Source: Acutalibacteraceae bacterium (GTDB lineage Bacteria; Bacillota; Clostridia; Oscillospirales; Acutalibacteraceae). From it: a stretch of DNA of 64,000 nucleotides. This document shows, in pieces, positions 27,987 to 37,299 of the stretch (the stretch's first letter is position 1; the number at the start of each line of letters is the position of its first letter). The stretch spans positions 26,850 to 90,849 of the forward strand of contig JAZPYI010000045.1 in assembly GCA_045544115.1 (NCBI GenBank). Reading direction: 5' to 3'. The notes beneath the pieces were generated by a model. It saw only the letters and a program-made list of their open reading frames with translations, made no database searches and had not been told where the DNA came from. The translations under genes and the position numbers were made by a program.

Positions 27987-28697
27987 ATGAAACACGGAAA
28001 GAAATATAATGAGAGTGCAAAGCTCGTTGAAAGAGCAACACTCTATGATACCGACGCTGCACTTGAGCTTGCTGTTAAGACTGCAAGTGCAAAGTTCGAT
28101 GAAACAGTTGAAGTACACGTTCGTCTTGGTGTTGACTCTCGTCATGCTGACCAGCAGGTTCGCGGCGCTGTAGTTCTCCCCAACGGAACAGGTCGTACCG
28201 TAAGAGTAGCAGTTTTTGCTAAGGGTGCAGATGCTGACGCAGCAGCTGCAGCAGGTGCAGAAGTAGTAGGCGCAGAAGACCTTGTTGCAAGAATCCAGGG
28301 CGAAGGCTTCATGGATTTCGACGTATGCATCGCAACACCCAACATGATGGGTCTTGTTGGTCGTCTCGGTAAGGTTCTCGGTCCCCGCGGTCTTATGCCC
28401 AGCCCCAAGGCAGGCACAGTTACACCTGATGTAGCTAAGGCTGTTACAGAAGCTAAGGCAGGTAAGATTGAATACCGTCTTGACAAAACAAACATCATCC
28501 ACTGCCCCATCGGCAAGGTTTCCTTCGGTGCTGAAAAGCTCGTTGAGAACTTCAACACTCTCCTCGATGCTATCATCAAGGCTAAGCCCGCTGCATCAAA
28601 GGGTCAGTATATCCGTTCCTGCGTTCTTGCAACCACAATGGGCCCCGGAATCAAGGTTAACCCCAACAAGGTTGGTACCGCAGCAACAGAAGCATAA
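27987..28697 (+). CDS. rplA: 50S ribosomal protein L1
   Basis: [31 protein letters not shown]. Confidence 0.97.
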   Translation: MKHGKKYNESAKLVERATLYDTDAALELAVKTASAKFDETVEVHVRLGVDSRHADQQVRGAVVLPNGTGRTVRVAVFAKGADADAAAAAGAEVVGAEDLVARIQGEGFMDFDVCIATPNMMGLVGRLGKVLGPRGLMPSPKAGTVTPDVAKAVTEAKAGKIEYRLDKTNIIHCPIGKVSFGAEKLVENFNTLLDAIIKAKPAASKGQYIRSCVLATTMGPGIKVNPNKVGTAATEA

Positions 28698-28705
28698 AAA
28701 AATGC

Positions 28706-28734
28706 TTGACAAGCGCAATTTATTGTGCTATTAT
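28706..28734 (+). promoter_or_regulatory. sigmaA promoter of rplJ-rplL
   Basis: TTGACA, 17 bp, TATTAT. Confidence 0.75.
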
Positions 28735-28749
28735 ATTTGAGCTGTTCTT

Positions 28750-28875
28750 TTTAAGACAGCAGGTGCTTTTCGCATAAAGGTTTTATACCGCCTGCCGAGA
28801 GAGGATGCATACAAGGCTTTATAGCTTAATTATGTATGTTCATGCCCTTTCTGCAGAAGCGGAAAGGGCTTTAAA
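28750..28875 (+). promoter_or_regulatory. L10 leader (autoregulatory RNA)
   Basis: aagacagcagg...cctgccgag motif plus gccctttc/gaaagggc hairpin upstream of rplJ. Confidence 0.75.
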
Positions 28876-28906
28876 TTTTGTAATAAACCTACGGAGGTGA
28901 AAATAC

Positions 28907-29440
28907 ATGCCCAGCGCAAAGGTTTTGGAACAGAAAAAGCAAATCGTTGCTGACCTCACCGAGCAGATTCAGAATTCAGTAGCAGGTGTTATCGTTGACT
29001 ATAAGGGTATCAACGTTGCTGACGACACAAAGCTTCGTAAAGAGCTTCGTGAAGCAGGCATCAAGTATTCAGTAGTTAAGAACACACTTCTCGGACTCGC
29101 TGCAAAGAACGTTGGTCTTGACGATCTCTGTGATGTTCTCGAAGGCACAACAGCTATCGCTATCAGCCCCGATGACCACACAGCAGCAGCAAGAATCCTT
29201 TCAAAGTTTGCTGATACACACAAGAACTTCTCCGTAAAGAGCGGTTATCTTGACGGTAAGGTTGTTGACACAGCAACTATCGACTCGCTTGCAAAGCTTC
29301 CCACAAGAGATATCCTTCTTGCTACAGTTTGCAACGCATTCAACGCACCCATCGCATCCTTCGCACGTGCTATTCAGGCTATTGTTGATAAGAGCGGTGA
29401 AGCTCCCGCAGCAGCTGAAGAAGCACCCGCAGAAGCATAA
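28907..29440 (+). CDS. rplJ: 50S ribosomal protein L10
   Basis: DY.G..V.....LR..LR, VVKNTL, LA.LP. Confidence 0.97.
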   Translation: MPSAKVLEQKKQIVADLTEQIQNSVAGVIVDYKGINVADDTKLRKELREAGIKYSVVKNTLLGLAAKNVGLDDLCDVLEGTTAIAISPDDHTAAARILSKFADTHKNFSVKSGYLDGKVVDTATIDSLAKLPTRDILLATVCNAFNAPIASFARAIQAIVDKSGEAPAAAEEAPAEA

Positions 29441-29482
29441 TTTTAATTAACTAAAAAATTCTATTTATTGGAGGAAAATAAA

Positions 29483-29857
29483 ATGGCATCAGAAAAGATT
29501 GCAGCAATGATTGAAACAATCAAAGAACTTACAGTACTTGAACTCTCAGAGCTCGTTCACGCAGTTGAAGAAGAATTTGGCGTATCAGCAGCAGCAGCAG
29601 TTGCAGTAGCAGCTCCCGCAGAAGCAGCTGCAGCAGCAGAGGAGAAGACAGAATTTGACGTTATCCTTGCTGAAGTTGGCGCAGAAAAGATTAAGGTTAT
29701 CAAGGTTGTTCGTGAGCTCACAGGTCTTGGTCTTGCAGAAGCTAAGGCTGCTGTTGACAGCGCTCCCAAGGCTCTCAAGGAAGGCGTTTCCAAGGAAGAT
29801 GCTGAAGCTGCTAAGGCTAAGCTTGAAGAAGTTGGCGCAAAGGTTGAAATTAAATAA
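29483..29857 (+). CDS. rplL: 50S ribosomal protein L7/L12
   Basis: [35 protein letters not shown]. Confidence 0.97.
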   Translation: MASEKIAAMIETIKELTVLELSELVHAVEEEFGVSAAAAVAVAAPAEAAAAAEEKTEFDVILAEVGAEKIKVIKVVRELTGLGLAEAKAAVDSAPKALKEGVSKEDAEAAKAKLEEVGAKVEIK

Positions 29858-29876
29858 TTTAGTTTTGACTTACATG

Positions 29877-29908
29877 ACCGCTGTGCAGAAATGCACGGCG
29901 GTTTTTTT
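29877..29908 (+). terminator. terminator after rplL
   Basis: accgctgtgca-gaaa-tgcacggcggt-ttttttt. Confidence 0.85.
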
Positions 29909-30090
29909 ATTTGCTGTTACGGAAATGCAAAATGTTCTCACCCTGCTTCGGGCTGCAAAAAATCTTATCAATAGAAAATCTCTCTTGTTAGGAGAATTTA
30001 TTTCAATAAACGAGTTATTGTTTCTTTGATTAAAAACAGTTATTATTAGGGTGTAAACAGCGCTGTTAATATTTTAAAAGGATGGTTTAT

Positions 30091-31179
30091 ATGACAGTTT
30101 ATTTCGGAGAAAACCTTAAAAAGCTTCGCAAATCCAAAAACCTCACTCAGGAATCTCTTGCTGATTTCCTTGGTATGTCATTTCAGGCAATCAGTAAATG
30201 GGAGAGGAGTGAAACCTATCCCGACATTACCATGCTTCCGTCAATCGCTTCCTTCTTCGGTGTTACCGTCGACAGCCTTCTTGGCACTGATATGATTGAT
30301 AAAGAAAACAAAATCAAAGAATACGGTGAAAAATATTCACGTCTGTGGAACGAAGGAAAAATAGCTGAAGTAAGAGATATGCTCAAGACGGCAATATGTG
30401 AATTTCCGGGTAATTATGACCTTCTTGCAAAATATTTTAATGCACTTATTCAGGCAGAGCATGATGATGAATATAAGCTTTCAATTAAGAACGAGGTATA
30501 TAGAGTCTATGACATGATACAAAATCATTGCTCAACAGACAGTATCAGAATATGGACAAAAAAACTCATGTGCATTTATCTGCGTGATCTCAGCCTTATC
30601 AAAAACAGCGGCATTGACATCTCCGAAGCAGAAAAAATTCTCTCTGAAATGCCTCTTATGCAGAACTCAAGAGATTACGAAGCCATGTATATGTATCCCC
30701 ACGACGATGAGAAGCGTGCGGCAGCATGTGCAAACGGCATGGTTGAAATGCTCCGTCTTTTCGGTGAAATCATGAACAGACGTCACAAGAATTTTCTTGA
30801 CGCAGACAACGATATTGCCGAGGCTTACATCAATCTTGTTGAGGCGGTCATGCCTGACGGCGACTACGGCAAAAGCCACTATCTCATGGTTATTCATCAC
30901 CAGAGAATCGGTGTAAGAAAATATATTGCAGGCGACGAAAAAGCCGCTCTTTGTCACTTTGAAAGAGCTGTTGAACTTGCCAAAAAATACGACGAAATGC
31001 CCGATGTCATTATTCACACCTCCCCTGCTGTCAAAGGTGTTGTGTTCGACAAATCCAAAGCATACCGCTTCTGGGAAGACTCATTCTGTGAAGATGTTAA
31101 GGAGGGTCTGATAAACAGACCTGAGCTTTCAGATGAATTTAAAAACAGCGAAGAATTTAAAAAAATGCTCAATATTTAA
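30091..31179 (+). CDS. XRE-family HTH regulator with C-terminal helical/TPR-like domain
   Basis: LKKLRK...LTQESLA..LG.SFQAISKWE....YPDI..LP HTH; long helical C-terminus. Confidence 0.85.
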   Translation: MTVYFGENLKKLRKSKNLTQESLADFLGMSFQAISKWERSETYPDITMLPSIASFFGVTVDSLLGTDMIDKENKIKEYGEKYSRLWNEGKIAEVRDMLKTAICEFPGNYDLLAKYFNALIQAEHDDEYKLSIKNEVYRVYDMIQNHCSTDSIRIWTKKLMCIYLRDLSLIKNSGIDISEAEKILSEMPLMQNSRDYEAMYMYPHDDEKRAAACANGMVEMLRLFGEIMNRRHKNFLDADNDIAEAYINLVEAVMPDGDYGKSHYLMVIHHQRIGVRKYIAGDEKAALCHFERAVELAKKYDEMPDVIIHTSPAVKGVVFDKSKAYRFWEDSFCEDVKEGLINRPELSDEFKNSEEFKKMLNI

Positions 31180-31184
31180 CAGCA

Positions 31185-31212
31185 AAAACGGGCTACGTCT
31201 GCAGCCCGTTTT
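31185..31212. terminator. bidirectional terminator
   Basis: aaaacgggct/agcccgtttt IR. Confidence 0.7.
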
Positions 31213-31220
31213 CTTATGAA

Positions 31221-32381
31221 TTATTTTGATTTCTTTCTGTCCATACCCCAAAGATGAATTATTCCCTCATCATTGAGTGCTTTGACAAGCACAAAGGTTA
31301 TGGGCAAAATAAATATTCCGAGGAATCCGAAAAGCTGAACACCGAGATACATTCCGAAGAGGGTAATTACGGGATGCATTCCCACGTTCATTGCAACCAG
31401 TCTGGGTTCAAGCACCTGACGGATAACTGTTATCACCACATACATAATAATAAGTCCTATTGCCAGACCGATGTTACCCGTGAACAGATTGAAAACCGCC
31501 CACGGAATAAGAATCGTACCCGTACCGAGAACGGGAAGAATATCAACAATCGCCGTGATTATTGAAAGAACAAGGATATATCCGCCGCTGTAAACACCGA
31601 TAAGCTTAAGTATATTCAAGCCTATCGAAACCTCACAGAAGGTTATAAAAATCAAAGTTGCATATGACTTAAGCATCTTGCCGAGTATTCCGCCGAGCAA
31701 TCTTCTTGTTTTGACTATTGCAACCTCATGCTCACGGGAAATGTTCTCACGGATAAGATTTGTAAACTTATCGTAGTCACAAGTTATAAAGAAACAGGCT
31801 ATAATACTCATGAAGACCGCTGCAAAAATTCCGGGAATCTGCTTGGCGGTTGAAAGCAGTCCGCCAAGAGGTGTTGCAAGCAAGGATAAATCAAAACCGG
31901 TATCTGTCGGCTGCGGAAGATTTGAAACCTCCTCCTGAGAAGCAAGCAGAAGTCTGTCAACAATACCCGTAACCGAATCAGTAACGGTTTTTTCGAGCGA
32001 ATCGGGCAAAACAGTTATTCTTGCAAGAATCCAGCTCTCTGCGGAACGGATTAAATTCGGCAAATCGGAAATCTTAGACATAATATACTCGCCGAAGCCC
32101 TTAAACTCTACAAATAGCCTGTAGCCAACAAGCACAACAGCCGAAATAATAACAGCAATTATCAGCAAAACGGCAATCGCCCCAAGAATATTCTTTTTAA
32201 TTTTTGTTTTTGCGGAAATAATTCTGAGCGGTTTCTGCAAAAGTATCGCAACGGCAAAGGCAACAATAAACGGCGCCACAAGTCCGAATGCATACTTCAT
32301 GAAAAGATAGAAAAGAGCAACAATAACGGAATAATAGGCAATATTTATCAGAGTTGCCTTTCTTCTTTCGGTAATTTCCAT
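31221..32381 (-). CDS. ytvI: sporulation integral membrane protein YtvI (AI-2E family)
   Basis: DILPVLGTGTILIPW, IRQVLEPRLV...G.HP..TL..MYLG. Confidence 0.88.
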   Translation of the reverse strand: MEITERRKATLINIAYYSVIVALFYLFMKYAFGLVAPFIVAFAVAILLQKPLRIISAKTKIKKNILGAIAVLLIIAVIISAVVLVGYRLFVEFKGFGEYIMSKISDLPNLIRSAESWILARITVLPDSLEKTVTDSVTGIVDRLLLASQEEVSNLPQPTDTGFDLSLLATPLGGLLSTAKQIPGIFAAVFMSIIACFFITCDYDKFTNLIRENISREHEVAIVKTRRLLGGILGKMLKSYATLIFITFCEVSIGLNILKLIGVYSGGYILVLSIITAIVDILPVLGTGTILIPWAVFNLFTGNIGLAIGLIIMYVVITVIRQVLEPRLVAMNVGMHPVITLFGMYLGVQLFGFLGIFILPITFVLVKALNDEGIIHLWGMDRKKSK

Positions 32382-32560
32382 TTATATTCCCCCTATCAAA
32401 ACGGAATTACATTGTTATTTTACACCATTTTTCACCAAAAGGCAATTATTGTTATAAAAAAGACATAAAAATTTAATAAAAGTTAAAAATATCTCTTTAT
32501 TATTTTGAAAAAGTGTGTTAAAATCTTTTTAATTAGTTATTTTTTAAAGGAGCGATTCGG

Positions 32561-33799
32561 ATGTATGTTGCCATAATGGGTTACGGCGTGGTCGGCTCGG
32601 GTGTTGCAACCCTTCTTAATAAAAACCACGAACACATCGTTAAAAAGAGTCTGCAGAGTGATATGCAGCTCAAATATATTCTTGACCGCCGTACATTTCC
32701 CGGTGACCCTTATGAACATCTTCTCATCTCCGATTTCTCAAAAATCGTTGAGGATGACGAGGTAAAGATAGTTGTTGAAACCATGGGCGGACTCCACCCC
32801 GCTTATGAATATGTTCTTGCAAGCCTCAAGGCAGGCAAAAACGTTGTAACCTCAAACAAAGAGCTTGTTGCAGCTAAGGGCTGTGAGCTTCTTAAGGTTG
32901 CAGATGAAAATAATGTAAACTTCCTGTTTGAAGCAAGTGTTGGCGGCGGTATTCCCATCATCAGACCCATCAGCCAGTGCCTTGCCGCAAACGATATTGA
33001 TGAAATTGCAGGTATTCTCAACGGCACCACCAATTTCATTCTTACAAAGATGATAAGCGACGGAATGACCTTTGATGAGGCACTCCTTCTTGCCCAGAAA
33101 AACGGTTATGCGGAACGTGACCCCTCCGCAGATGTTGACGGTCACGATGCTTGCAGAAAAATCTGCATTCTTGCCGCTCTCTGCTTCGGCAAGCACGTTT
33201 ATCCCGAATCGGTTTATACAGAAGGCATCCGCAAGATTGACCTTGCAGACGTTGACTATGCCCGCTCATGGGGCGGTGTAATCAAGCTTATTGCAAGAGC
33301 AAAGATGCTTGAAAGCGGCAAGGTTTCGGTTATGGTATCCCCTGCTTTTGTTCAGAATCACAGCCAGCTTGCTACCGTTGACGATGTATTCAATGCAATC
33401 CTTGTAAGAGGCGATGCCATAGGCGACGTTGTATTTTACGGCAAGGGTGCAGGCAAGATGCCCACAGCCAGTGCGGTTGTCGCCGACGTAATCGACTGTG
33501 CAAGACATATGCAGCGCAAAAAGTTCTTCGGCTGGGCTGACAGCGAGGAAGGCTATGTTGCCGACTTTGAGGAAAGCGCATCCGCCTTCTATATCAGAGC
33601 AACAACAGAAAATGCAGCTGCGGCACTCGCTCAGGTAAATTCTCTTTTCGGCACAGTAAAGATGCTCGCAAGAGAAAATGCTCCCGACGGCGAATTTGCT
33701 TTTGTTACCGATATCCTTTCCGAAAAGGAAATGTCGGAAAAGCTTGCACTTGTTAAAGAATCAAAAATCGAATCTGTTATACGCATAACAGATTATTAA
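32561..33799 (+). CDS. hom: homoserine dehydrogenase
   Basis: G.GVVGSG, VVTSNK, FEASVGGGIP, NGTTNFIL, GYAE.DP..DVDG. Confidence 0.95.
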   Translation: MYVAIMGYGVVGSGVATLLNKNHEHIVKKSLQSDMQLKYILDRRTFPGDPYEHLLISDFSKIVEDDEVKIVVETMGGLHPAYEYVLASLKAGKNVVTSNKELVAAKGCELLKVADENNVNFLFEASVGGGIPIIRPISQCLAANDIDEIAGILNGTTNFILTKMISDGMTFDEALLLAQKNGYAERDPSADVDGHDACRKICILAALCFGKHVYPESVYTEGIRKIDLADVDYARSWGGVIKLIARAKMLESGKVSVMVSPAFVQNHSQLATVDDVFNAILVRGDAIGDVVFYGKGAGKMPTASAVVADVIDCARHMQRKKFFGWADSEEGYVADFEESASAFYIRATTENAAAALAQVNSLFGTVKMLARENAPDGEFAFVTDILSEKEMSEKLALVKESKIESVIRITDY

Positions 33800-33821
33800 T
33801 CCCTGTTTGGAGGTAGACACT

Positions 33822-35036
33822 ATGGGCTTAATTGTTCAGAAATTCGGCGGCAGCTCCGTTGCCAATGCCGAAAGAGTAATGAATGTTGCAAGAATCGTTA
33901 CCGATACTTACAAGGAAGGTAATGACGTTGTTGTAGTTGTTTCTGCTCAGGGCGATACAACCGACGACCTTATTGCAAAGGCTAACGAAATCAATCCCAA
34001 GGCTTCAAAGAGAGAGATGGATATGCTCCTTGCCTCGGGTGAACAGATTTCAATTTCACTTCTCGCCATGGCTATCGAAAGCCTCGGCTTCCCCGTTTGC
34101 TCGCTTCTCGGCTGGCAGGCAGGCTTCTCAACAAATTCCGTTTATGGCTCGGCAAGAATCAAAAAGGTTAAGGCTGACCGTATCAAGATGGAAATTGCAA
34201 AGAAGAATATAGTAATTGTTGCAGGCTTCCAGGGTCTTAACAAATACGACGACATAACAACTCTCGGCAGAGGCGGTTCGGACACAAGCGCAGTTGCAAT
34301 TGCAGCCGCAATGCACGCAGACCGCTGCCAGATATTCACCGACGTTGAGGGTGTTTACACCGCAGACCCCAGAAAAATCAAGGGCGCAATCAAGCTTAAT
34401 GAAATCACTTATGATGAAATGCTTGAGCTTGCAACTCTCGGCGCACAGGTTCTCAACAACCGTTCGGTTGAAATGGCTAAGAAATATAATGTTAAGCTTG
34501 AGGTGCTTTCAAGCCTTGTAAGAGCACCCGGTACAATTGTCAAGGAGGTAGCAGACATGGAAAAAATGCTCGTAAGAGGTGTAACAAAGGATACGGACGT
34601 TGCCCGTGTATCAATCATCGGTGTTCCCAACGTTCCCGGTATCGCATATAAAATTTTCGGCAAGCTCGCTGCAAAGGATGTTAACGTTGACATCATCCTT
34701 CAGTCGGTAGGCAGAGGCGACACAAAGGATATCGCTTTCACAACCGCAAAGGCAAAGCTTGACGATACAGTTGAAACTCTCAAGTCACTCGACCTTCTTG
34801 AAGGTCTTGAAATCATCTGCGACACAGATGTTGCAAAGGTTTCCGTTGTAGGCGCAGGCATGGAATCACATCCCGGTATCGCTGCAAAGATGTTTGAAGC
34901 ACTCTTTGAGTCCGATGTTAACATTCAGATGATTGCAACAAGTGAAATCAAGATTTCCGTTCTCATTGACGTTAAGGATGCAGACAAAGCTGTTGAAGCA
35001 GTTCACAACGCATTCATTCCCGTTATTAACGAATAA
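33822..35036 (+). CDS. lysC: aspartate kinase (two ACT domains)
   Basis: VQKFGGSSV, VVVSAQG, TTLGRGGSDTSA, TDVEGVYTADP. Confidence 0.93.
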   Translation: MGLIVQKFGGSSVANAERVMNVARIVTDTYKEGNDVVVVVSAQGDTTDDLIAKANEINPKASKREMDMLLASGEQISISLLAMAIESLGFPVCSLLGWQAGFSTNSVYGSARIKKVKADRIKMEIAKKNIVIVAGFQGLNKYDDITTLGRGGSDTSAVAIAAAMHADRCQIFTDVEGVYTADPRKIKGAIKLNEITYDEMLELATLGAQVLNNRSVEMAKKYNVKLEVLSSLVRAPGTIVKEVADMEKMLVRGVTKDTDVARVSIIGVPNVPGIAYKIFGKLAAKDVNVDIILQSVGRGDTKDIAFTTAKAKLDDTVETLKSLDLLEGLEIICDTDVAKVSVVGAGMESHPGIAAKMFEALFESDVNIQMIATSEIKISVLIDVKDADKAVEAVHNAFIPVINE

Positions 35037-35041
35037 TAAAT

Positions 35042-35078
35042 ATGGCTTGCAGAGGAATTAACCTTTGCAAGCCATTTT
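35042..35078. terminator. bidirectional terminator
   Basis: atggcttgca/tgcaagccat IR. Confidence 0.7.
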
Positions 35079-35082
35079 ATTA

Positions 35083-35913
35083 TTAAAAGAAATTCCTTCT
35101 CCAATGGAACAGATATTGCTGTGCGATACCCCTTGCACCGTTTGTGCATTCGGGGAGTCCGTCGGGATAAAGCTCGCTCATAATGCGTTTCACCCACACA
35201 TCAACGGGGAATGCGTCAATCTTTCCGAAGCCGTAGAGAAGTGAGCATTGCGCAACCTTCTCGCCAACCCCCTTGATTTTTATCAGCTCATCCCTGCCCT
35301 CATCAATGGTGAGGGCATAAATTTTTTCAATGTCGATTTCGCCGTTTGCAACCTTTTCGGCGGCATCAATTATATATTTTGCTCTGAAGCCCGCTCTTAT
35401 CGGTGCAAGCGCTTCAACACCCGCCTCAGCAATTTTTGCGGCGGAGGGGAAGGAATAGTCATCATCACCCAAAGGCTCACCCAGAAGTCGGCAAAGGCGG
35501 TCTATGATACCTTTTATTCGGGGAATATTGTTGTTCTGCGAAATGATGAACGAACATATTGCCTCCCACGGCTCCTGACGCAGAAGCCTTATTCCGTAGC
35601 AGGTATCAACTGCCTCAGCAAGACATTTATCTGCCATAAACTTACGGCAAAGTATGCCGTAGTCACGTTCAAGGTCAAAATATGTAATCCAGATGTTTTC
35701 AAAATCCTCTTTATTCGTTCCGATAAACTCAATTCCCCGCTCGGTTTTCTTAAGAGTAAGCGGTTTTGAATATGCGACTCCGTGCCATTCATTCTCCCCT
35801 GTCTGCACCCAGCGGAATGCCTGACCGCAATCGAGGGTCAAAGCCAAATCAAAACAGTCGGCGGTGAGAATTATTTTGTTTTCTTCAATTGTATATGTAT
35901 TTTTTACAGCCAT
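35083..35913 (-). CDS. ogg: 8-oxoguanine DNA glycosylase (HhH-GPD, Ogg-like)
   Basis: TLDCGQAFRW, FIISQNNNIPRI, GVGEKVA, FPVDVW; ggag RBS before ATG 35913. Confidence 0.85.
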   Translation of the reverse strand: MAVKNTYTIEENKIILTADCFDLALTLDCGQAFRWVQTGENEWHGVAYSKPLTLKKTERGIEFIGTNKEDFENIWITYFDLERDYGILCRKFMADKCLAEAVDTCYGIRLLRQEPWEAICSFIISQNNNIPRIKGIIDRLCRLLGEPLGDDDYSFPSAAKIAEAGVEALAPIRAGFRAKYIIDAAEKVANGEIDIEKIYALTIDEGRDELIKIKGVGEKVAQCSLLYGFGKIDAFPVDVWVKRIMSELYPDGLPECTNGARGIAQQYLFHWRRNFF

Positions 35914-36041
35914 TTTGTTTTTCTCCAAACTGTAATATTATGTATTTTTTGCGAAAAATATTGCCATAATTTCATCGACAATTTGCAACATTTTGTAAAG
36001 TTTGTACAACCTTTTGTATATTCCAATTTAGAATTAAAAAG

Positions 36042-36153
36042 TTTTCCACACTCAAATTCGGTGAAAAATAAGGACTTTTTCACTTGGTTATACATCTTTT
36101 CCACACAGTTATCCACATTTTTAGTGGAAAAGTCGGTTATACAGATTGTATAA
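36042..36153. promoter_or_regulatory. DnaA-box cluster
   Basis: Three TTWTNCACA matches (36042, 36097, 36109) plus four 1-mismatch boxes in about 110 bp. Confidence 0.75.
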
Positions 36154-36218
36154 CAAGCATTACAAACAGCATGAATATATCACCTTTTCTCTGCCAAAAA
36201 TAACATAGAACTTCCGCA

Positions 36219-36509
36219 GTGAAAGGAGAACTCGAGTTGATAAAAGGGGTCAACAGACAGGTTGTTGAAATCACACAGACTCAATGCGAATATTTTGAAA
36301 GGGTGCTGTTTTTCATAAAACCCGAATACTCGGCAGTCAGTGAGGGTGATTTAAGAGAAAGGGCGAGTGAAATTGCGCAGAGTGCAGGTATGCCGCCCGC
36401 TGCAAGGCTGAGGAAAAGCAGAATACGACTCGCCTTAAGCATGAGTGCCGCTGCCTGCGCAGGAGCATCAATCAGCGGAATTATTTTTTTGCTGACTTCA
36501 TTTTTTTGA
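36219..36509 (+). CDS. hypothetical protein with C-terminal TM helix
   Basis: 96-aa ORF with hydrophobic C-terminus; overlaps 3' end of nth. Confidence 0.65.
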   Translation: MKGELELIKGVNRQVVEITQTQCEYFERVLFFIKPEYSAVSEGDLRERASEIAQSAGMPPAARLRKSRIRLALSMSAAACAGASISGIIFLLTSFF

Positions 36510-37130
36510 GTAGTGGTCGCAAAAGCTGTTCATAACGCAGCTTTCGCACTTCGGTCTGCCTGAAATACAGGTTTCTCTGCCGTGAAGAACGCAGCGGTGG
36601 CAAAAATCGTTGCTTTCTTCAGGCGTAAGAATTTCACGAAGCTGCATTTCAACCTTAAACGGGTCCTTTGTCGAAACAAGACCAAGCAAATTGGAAATTC
36701 TTATAAGATGAGTATCGGCAACTACAGCAGGCTGACCGTAAACATCACCCATGATGAGATTGGCGGTTTTTCTGCCGACACCCGGCAAAGAAGTGAGCTT
36801 TTCAAGGGTATCGGGAACCTCACCGTCAAACTCCGCTATCATCTTACGGCACATTTCAACGATATCCTTTGCCTTTGCTCTGAAAAATCCGCAGGAATGT
36901 ATAATTTTCTCAACATCAGATATTTCTGCATTCGCAAAATCTTCAACAGTTTTATATTTTTCAAAAAGAGCAGGTGTAACAAGATTCACTCTGGCATCGG
37001 TGCATTGAGCCGAAAGCCTTGTTGCAATAATAAGCTGCAGGGGATTTTCGGCATTGAGCGAACAAATTGAATCGGGATATTTTTCCTTGAGCGCATTAAC
37101 TGCGAGCAGGGCTTTTTCTTTTTTATTCAT
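36498..37130 (-). CDS. nth: endonuclease III
   Basis: LSAQCTD..VN, LPGVGRKTAN, DTH, C-x6-C-x2-C-x5-C Fe-S motif. Confidence 0.95.
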   Translation of the reverse strand: MNKKEKALLAVNALKEKYPDSICSLNAENPLQLIIATRLSAQCTDARVNLVTPALFEKYKTVEDFANAEISDVEKIIHSCGFFRAKAKDIVEMCRKMIAEFDGEVPDTLEKLTSLPGVGRKTANLIMGDVYGQPAVVADTHLIRISNLLGLVSTKDPFKVEMQLREILTPEESNDFCHRCVLHGRETCISGRPKCESCVMNSFCDHYSKK

Positions 37131-37299
37131 AATGTTCTCCATTTAAAATAATATACTCTAATTATATATCAACATCCTTCGTTTTTGAAGATTAAATTTA
37201 AAATTAATATGAATTTTTATTTTTACCACATAAAAACAGTTGATTTTAAATCACTTTCATGTTAACATAATAATAACTATAAAATGGGAGGATACCCTT

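Noticed and set aside
29925-30029. 34-aa ORF as the signalling peptide for the XRE/TPR regulator
   Set aside because: No proper RBS and no clear secretion signal.
35930-36160. Calling the DnaA-box cluster oriC
   Set aside because: No dnaA linkage, no visible DnaA-trio run, and the ribosomal operon orientation conflicts; needs GC-skew data.
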